From assembly GCF_000143415.4 (NCBI RefSeq), contig NW_003314323.1, positions 934,499-998,498 of the forward strand: a stretch of 64,000 nt of DNA, written 5' to 3'. The notes beneath the pieces are model-generated. The model saw only the letters and a list, made by a program, of their open reading frames with translations, had not been told where the DNA came from and did not search any database. Within the stretch, counting starts at the first letter, position 1, and each line of letters begins with the position of its first letter. The DNA is from Selaginella moellendorffii. Its lineage: Eukaryota > Plantae > Lycopodiophyta. Below, in pieces: positions 57,755 through 64,000 of the stretch. A program made the position numbers and the translations under genes.

Positions 57755-60690
57755 CTTGTGCAGGTTGTGAGCTCGGCCCAACATGGGTATCTTCAACAGT
57801 AGCTGTTAACGCCATTTCAGCATCTGGGGGTGGCCACGCTCCTGCATACAGAGCTTGTGAGATAATATTTAAACTTAAAGTGCATACTCACCAGGTTCGC
57901 AAAGAAGATACTGTTTTTCTTTGGCAACTGTAATTATATGCTCCATTGAAGTCACCTCTTCAATGGAGTTTGTCACCGCAACACACGGGACACCCTTGAG
58001 TAGTGCGGCTCGAAAGAATAGTCCGCCGTAGTTGTACTCGACAATGCATTTGCCCTTGGAGTCGGAAGCAGGTGACCCACCCACTATTGCATTGAAGACC
58101 CAGCTGAGCATTTCCCATGCTACACTTGGAGCTTTCTCTGGATTCGAAAGCTCCATAGCCGTCTTCAGTTCCTCAGGCACGGGTAAATTGACCTCCCTCA
58201 GATCAATTCGATCGGCCTTGTCGAACGAAGCTGGGAAGTCACTCCAGTCCCACTCTGCTGCAGGACCAATAACAAGGGCGAGTGTGAAGATGCGGACATT
58301 CGTCGGTATCTTCTTCTTAGCCATTATCCCATGGATCTCCTGCATCTCCTTGCCTTTCAACCAAGCCTTCACCTCGTTCAAGGCCTTCCAGAACTTGTGA
58401 TAGGATTCGGAGTCGTAGATCATATAGTGGACTGAAGATTCCACCTCCGCAAGTCCCACCATTAAGTCAATGATGGAGCTGACTTCGTCTGCATGAGTGA
58501 TCTCCTCGTTTGTGAAGTCCATCACAGAAAAGATGTTCTTGACCTGCTCATCTCCGCGGGAAACGATGCTCCTCCACCTTTGATCCTCATCCAAATTCAC
58601 GTATACCCGGTAAGGTTCTCGATAGGCCTCTGCTGCGGGGTCGAGTTGTTTCTGAAGCCGGCAGTCGACATCCCTCTTAATGAAATTTGGATACTGATCC
58701 AACTTCTCAGCTTTACTTTTCGTGGCATCCCGCAGCAGATCGATGAACTTGGGGTCCCCCTTCATGTACTCGTCGATGTCTTCATTTGACAACTCCAGCT
58801 CTTCCATCATCTCTTGCGTGGTGTCGATGCTCACCCTCTCCACGGCCACTTGCTTGAAGATCCAATCCTTCAATAGCGCACGAGCTCTCAGAGTCGTGCA
58901 CAAGTCCTCGTATGTCACAATATGGCCGGGAGTCATTTTGGTCTTGTTGAAGACTACCTCACCACGTAGAAGAGCATTAGCCACTGTCAGAAGGTCGTCG
59001 TCGTCTAGAGACCGCGAGAAACGCAAGGCATTGAGCTTCAAATCATTGGGCTTCTGGCCGTCCTCCACACCCATTGAGTTTAGCAACTCCCCGTCATGGT
59101 ACCTCCTCAGCACATCTACCCATTTGTCAAAAACAACTTTTGTCGCGAGTAGAATGTTATGGATGCTGAGTGTGTCATTGACCCCCAGTGTTTTCAAGAG
59201 AAGACTCGAGAATTCCTGCAATGGAAATGGCGTGAGGCCACATGCTATGCCACATGCAACGAGGCTTACCTGCCAGGCGCTAGTTGCTAGTGCACGTCCT
59301 TGTCCTGGTTTTTGTGGCTTCTTCAGTTGAACCCAGGGCTTCCGTGTTCGTGCCAATGTCTCGTGCAGACCCAATTTGTAGCACGTTTCTTGCTTGACAT
59401 TCTGCGCGTGGGAGATGGATATGATAGATTGGAGGGGCGAGTTGCCTTTTATTAGGCGGACAACTCTTGTCTTGAAGACTTTCTTCACCTTCTCGCCCAC
59501 CATAATATCCACAACTATCTCTTGCATCGCCAAGCTAGAATGCTGCCCGGAGACGGCATAGAACTGGATGTTCTAATCGTCCAACACCTTCCTATTGATC
59601 AAGTCTAGAAACCTCGTCTCGCCCTTCATTGTTCTGTAGTAGGGGATCACGTCTTCGATGTCGGGTGTTACTGGACTTGCCAGCATCTTCTGCTTCAGTT
59701 TCTCCACCCACTCATCAGATACTAGCCTGTGGTTGTATTTGCTTTGGATGTCGATACGGCTCACGTCGATTGTATATACTTTGTTGGAATAGTAACAAGT
59801 ACTATTATCTGCGACGATTTTTGCTGCCTCTTCTTGCTCTTTCTGCTCTTTGCGGCTCTTCTTTTTGGTGGGTGTAGTGTTCAAACTCGAGGCAATGGCA
59901 TCACCGAGTAGCTTCTTTTTTGGACCAGGAGAGTCGGACGTCGGCTTGAGCTTGACCACCCTTTTCTGCTTCGGGGTAGTTTCCAGATCGACCCCCTTCC
60001 CCTTCGCTTCGCGAACTGGAGGCACTCTCAACGGCTCAATGTTGGAATATAGTTTTTGAACATCGCTGTAGGTGAGGTCCGTGGATTCCATGTGATCTTC
60101 ATAGACCCGCAGCGTCTTTGAAATTGTGGGCCTCTTGGACAACCTCTCCCTAGCTCCCTCTAGGAATTCCTCATAGCCGCTGCCCCCCTCCGGGAAACTG
60201 CTAGGATGTGCAAGGTGGATCTTGAAGGCGGACGCTGTCTCTACCACAAGTGCCAGTCCATATTCTTGCATGGAACTGCATGGAGTGTTTGTCACTTGGA
60301 TGAGGATCCCCATGCATTCTTTTCTCCCACCATCTGTGTTGTACAGCCTCAGATCCTCGCCTTCCATCCCGAAAGTCCAACTGATGAGCTCCTCCCCCTT
60401 CTCTGCATCCACATTGACAGTGGCTGGAAGAAGAACGCAATTCCTCGCCTGTTCAGAAATGCACAACAATTAGAGCTGACAGATGAAAAACTAGCAGCTG
60501 GAAATAACGTGAAGCCACACGCCATTCACCACTGCATCAGATGTCTTGAGGCTGCATCCTAAGATGGCGTGAGGCTACACGCCATCTGTAACCGGACTGC
60601 ACTCGAGAGCCCAATCGGTGCATGCCAATGTTGCTACTAAATAGCATGTGGCCTCATGCCATTTTCTACTTGGCCTAAAAGACTTACCAT
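57755..60690 (-). pseudogene. Large multi-exon gene: ParB/Srx-like domain plus possible degenerate amino-methyltransferase region; exons 60690-60688 (ATG), 60448-59270, 59215-57892, 57841-57755, continuing towards about 55.1 kb
   Basis: ATG|GTAAGT donor; in-phase GT-AG introns of 239, 54 and 50 nt. YNHRLVSDEWVEKLKQKM...FYAVSGQHSSLA (ParB/Srx-like). NPEKAP...GKCIVEYNYGGLFFRAALLKGVPCVAV (MTase motif X/I-like). One premature TAG at 59573-59575. Confidence 0.65.
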
Positions 60691-61364
60691 TTGAAGCCGA
60701 ATGGAGGCGTGACAATCGAGGCCGGACTCGCTGGCGAATGTGCACTGTGTGTGCAGCGGATCGTAGCAGCAAGGCTACTTTGCCACTTACAGTTGGAGAG
60801 TGGTGCTGAAATCTCCCGGGACGCCAAGTGGGCTGCGTGTGGGTGGCGGAGTGGGCGGCGGAGTTGGCGGCGAAGTTACAAACTGGGTGTGTCTTGAAGT
60901 GGACGCCGATGCACACGAGTGCGATGCGAGCGCGAGTGTGATGCAAGCGCGAGTGGATGCCGATGCACACGAGAAACCTGTAGAGAAGGTAGATGAGCGC
61001 GAATGTGAGCGTGATCGCGAGTGGGAGCGCGAGTGTGCGAGCGCGAGTACGAAGCAAAATGCAAAACCTAACCTCACACGCGCGAAATGTCACGACGGTT
61101 GGTAATCCCGCCACATCATCATTCCTCGGACTTGGGCGCCACCATTAATTTCTGGATTGCCGTGCGCATGCAAGCACGCAAAATCCAAAAGAAATCCGCA
61201 ACGTCATCATTCCTCGGACTGCATGCACGCGAAATCCAAAAGAAAGATCATGATTGGGATATCATTTAATACCCTCGCTATATTTATACCATGCATGATT
61301 GGATATTCCAAAGCATCTTGTATTTCCAAAAATGGCAGATGTTCAGCTAAATAAAGAAATTCTA

Positions 61365-62620
61365 TCTGTTTCTATTTTTCTCTCAAATCAATATTATAGC
61401 GTGTGGGCTCATGCAATTTTGAACCAAAGAAACCCAAAAAACGTTGGACCCAAAATATTTTGAAAAAACCCAAAAAACCCTAAACATTTTAAACCCAAAA
61501 ATCCAGGCGTCTTGTGCCATTATTCCTTGAATGGCATGTGGGTGCATGCCATTTTCAGGGCCAAATGCTGAATGGAGAAAAATTCCCTTTCAGTGCAAAT
61601 GCTGCAAGAGGCAGATGCCGAGCACAAAGGACTGTAACTACCTCACATGACACAGATAAACTTTTCTCTATTTGGCAAAGATAAACTTTATAGCGTGTGG
61701 GCTCATGCAATTTTGAACCCAAAAAATGCACCAAAAAATTCTTGGCGTCATCTGGTGTTATCTCTTGAATGGTGTGGGGCCGCATGCCATTTTCAGGGGC
61801 ACATAGGAGTATATTCCTAGGATATTCTGACACGCGCGAGATTTTTTTGAGTTTTCTGGAGATCCAACCGTTAGATCGTAACTAGATTTTACAGAATGGT
61901 ATACAATGCCCTTCTTGATGACCCTGCAGAGAAGCATCTCAATCGGACACCACATGAGACCACACGAGCCTTACAATGTTTCAGGGGCATTTGCCATAGA
62001 TCCGACCGTTATTTTGCTCCAAGATTCTACAGTTTGGTGTGCATTGACCTTTCCATTGACACTGCAAATGGACACCACAATCAGATGCGGGATCACAAGA
62101 AACCAACTTCACTAACTCTAGTTTCACCAAGATCTACGTAAGGAGTTATGAAATGAAAGGACCCTCTCTATTGAAATGTGTTTATGGTCCTAGGGGCATT
62201 GTGACATATCCTTTGATATCTGGGCAAATGTTGTAAGAGGCAGATACCGAGCAGATGTATCTCAGGCTAGCGAAGGGGACAAACGAAAGTTAGCTATAAA
62301 CATGACGGGATGCAAATAGATTACTAGGCTGGTCCTGCGAAAATCAAAAACCATAATTGAAAACATTGAAAATGCAAAAAGAAAGGTTTATAATATTTTA
62401 TAATTTTAAGCAACCAAAGGAATGTAAGTAGGGCATGTGTTTGTAAGTTTAAAAATGCCTCAACCACTTAAATTCCCAAGTAAATAAAGCTGTTTCTATT
62501 TTTGGTACAGGTAAACTTTATAGCGTGTGGGCTCATGCAATTTTGAACCCAAAAATGCACCAAAAAATGCTCGACTAGCATTATTCTTTGAATGGCGTGT
62601 GGCCTTATATTGCCATAAAT
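61365..62620 (+). repeat. Three direct copies of a 130-190-bp module, each carrying two palindromes, in the divergent promoter
   Basis: tatagcgtgtgggctcatgcaattttgaacc at about 61395, 61689 and 62519, each followed by ttgaatgg..tg.gg....tgccat. Confidence 0.88.
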
Positions 62621-62979
62621 GGACGTACACACACAGCATAATTATTCCTTTACACGGCGAATAATCTTGGTGCGGATCGCTGACATGGCATAGTAAAGTT
62701 CGAATCACTGACATGGCACAGCTGGATCGAGGCAAGGACATGATGTGACAAAGTTCAACCTCCGACAGCAAAGTCTAGAAGCTACTCAGTTTGAAATTTG
62801 TCAGAGGAATCATAAGATCTAGTTTGTCAGAGGATTTGATGTGACGTTCAAGCGTGTGTTATTTTTGAATTCTCGAACTCATTCCTAGGTCTATCATTTT
62901 TGTGCGCCGTGTTCTTAGTTCCGCTGAGCGCAGTGAGCGTTGCTTGTGTAAGCGGCATTGTGAGCTGTGGTTTATGCGT

Positions 62980-63118
62980 CTACGAGCGGTTGCGGCATTG
63001 CGAGCGCTATTGCGAGCGGCAGTTTATGCGAGTGGCAGTTTGTGCGAGCGGCGCTACGAGCAGTTGCGGTGTTGCGAGCGGCACTACGAGTAGTTGCGGT
63101 GTTGCGAGCGGCACTATC
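62980..63118 (+). repeat. GC-rich ~30-bp tandem repeat (tgcgagcggcactacgagcagttgcggtgt); related GCGAG-rich array at 60905-61050
   Basis: Visible tandem units in the putative first (untranslated) exons of both divergent genes. Confidence 0.8.
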
Positions 63119-63478
63119 TTTGGTGTGGCTACCGCTTCCTCTTGATATTCGGCATTTGTGCTTCCTGGTATGTTCACCATGGAATGGCTTAGGACCACAT
63201 TTAGAAATGGCATGAGGCCACATGCCATCTTGGGCCCTTGCAATTTCATGGCTAGCGTATTGTCATGTATGTTTTTACTTGCCTCCAGCTGTGTGTATAT
63301 CAAGATGGCATGAGGCCTCATGCCAATTTTGTGAATGCGAAATTTCACGTGGGTGTCAATAGCATGTTTGAATAATGGCATGTGGCCTCATGCTATTGAG
63401 GTTGTTTGGTATGTTATGATTTAGGCCATTCTCCAATCATTTTTTGTATGGTTTTAACTTCTTTTCTGCACTTTCAGA

Positions 63479-64000
63479 ATGGCCTTCAGGGTTGGGGAAA
63501 AGGTTTACATTTTGAATGGTGGGAAGAGAGTTGCAAAAGGGACCCTTGTGTCTATGGATCGGAACTTTGTTATACACTGTCAAAGGCTTGGGGAAGGCAA
63601 TGCTGCTGTATCAGTAGAGACTGTCTTCGATGGGAATGTGGTCGCTATTGAACGAGGAGAGATGGTCGTCGGGGTAAATGTTGTTGTTGCCTTGAAAAAT
63701 CTTCAGAAGAAAGCAAATGTTGGGGACAGCGCAAGTGCGACGCATGTTCCCTCCGTGGATCTTAAGAACCGTGCTACATGGATTCAGGCGAAGGTGTTTC
63801 TAAACAACCCCGAGGGGGAGGTGGTAGCTGAGGGCTTAGCCACAGTTGTCGATCCAAGAGATGCGGTTGCTAATCAAGAATTGGGCTGGGATGATATTGG
63901 AGTTGTGATTTTAGAGGTTGTTGACACAGAAGAAAACAGTCTGACTATTGGAAGCATTGTGCGGTGGAAATTGAGGCACTTAGTGTTTGAGAATGTGAAG
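63479..64000 (+). CDS. 5' part of a gene with two tandem Tnp1/En/Spm (Transposase_23)-like domains; runs off the window
   Basis: 174 open codons from ATG 63479 (absent from the ORF track because it has no stop). Reads VAKGTLVSMDRNFVIHCQRLGEGNAAVSVETV and EVVAEGLATVVDPRDAVANQELGWDDIGVVILEV..IGSIVRW. Putative 5'-UTR intron 63168-63477. Confidence 0.6.
   Translation, partial: MAFRVGEKVYILNGGKRVAKGTLVSMDRNFVIHCQRLGEGNAAVSVETVFDGNVVAIERGEMVVGVNVVVALKNLQKKANVGDSASATHVPSVDLKNRATWIQAKVFLNNPEGEVVAEGLATVVDPRDAVANQELGWDDIGVVILEVVDTEENSLTIGSIVRWKLRHLVFENVK

Larger units (their letters stand above)
55040..63396. repeat. Dispersed 22-bp palindrome family ATGGCRTG-N6-CAYGCCAT (at least 18 copies)
   Basis: Copies start at 55040, 56115, 56190, 57588, 57728, 59227, 60504, 60564, 60641, 61396, 61531, 61690, 61769, 62520, 62592, 63207, 63305 and 63375. 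56190-56211 is a perfect palindrome. Confidence 0.92.

Noticed and set aside
60575-63381. ORFs built on GCGAG repeats and MACGLMPF / MRPHA peptides
   Set aside because: Translation artefacts of the low-complexity arrays and of the palindrome itself.
55040-63396. Palindrome series as a CRISPR array
   Set aside because: Spacing is irregular (60 bp to 1.5 kb), copies lie in introns of a eukaryotic gene, and there are no cas genes.

Overview
Compact eukaryotic plant nuclear DNA. The 49-62-nt GT-AG introns and dense gene packing suggest a lycophyte such as Selaginella (inference). 1-9 kb is gene-dense: a PLS-class PPR, an RLP44-like LRR receptor-like protein, U11/U12 snRNP 48K, a pectate lyase and two germin-like proteins (GLPs). 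9-45 kb is a decaying duplication and transposon zone. It holds three copies of a [GLP -> <- At4g14100-like] cassette with reciprocal gene loss, an inverted pair of CABIN1-like pseudogenes, and NB-ARC, LRR, PPR and aerolysin-like relics. It also holds a Ty3/gypsy element with 162-bp LTRs and an L1-like LINE. 46-53 kb is a second LTR element whose internal domain is ORF-less and strongly T-skewed on one strand. 54.7-64 kb is the most unusual part: two divergent, intron-containing genes. One encodes a ParB/Srx-like domain, a possible degenerate amino-methyltransferase region and an FCP1-like HAD phosphatase. The other starts with tandem Tnp1/En/Spm-like domains. This block carries at least 18 copies of a 22-bp palindrome (ATGGCRTG-N6-CAYGCCAT), most in introns or the shared promoter. 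It is a candidate undescribed cargo-carrying mobile element with parS-like sites. All family assignments come from motif recognition by eye; no database searches were run.
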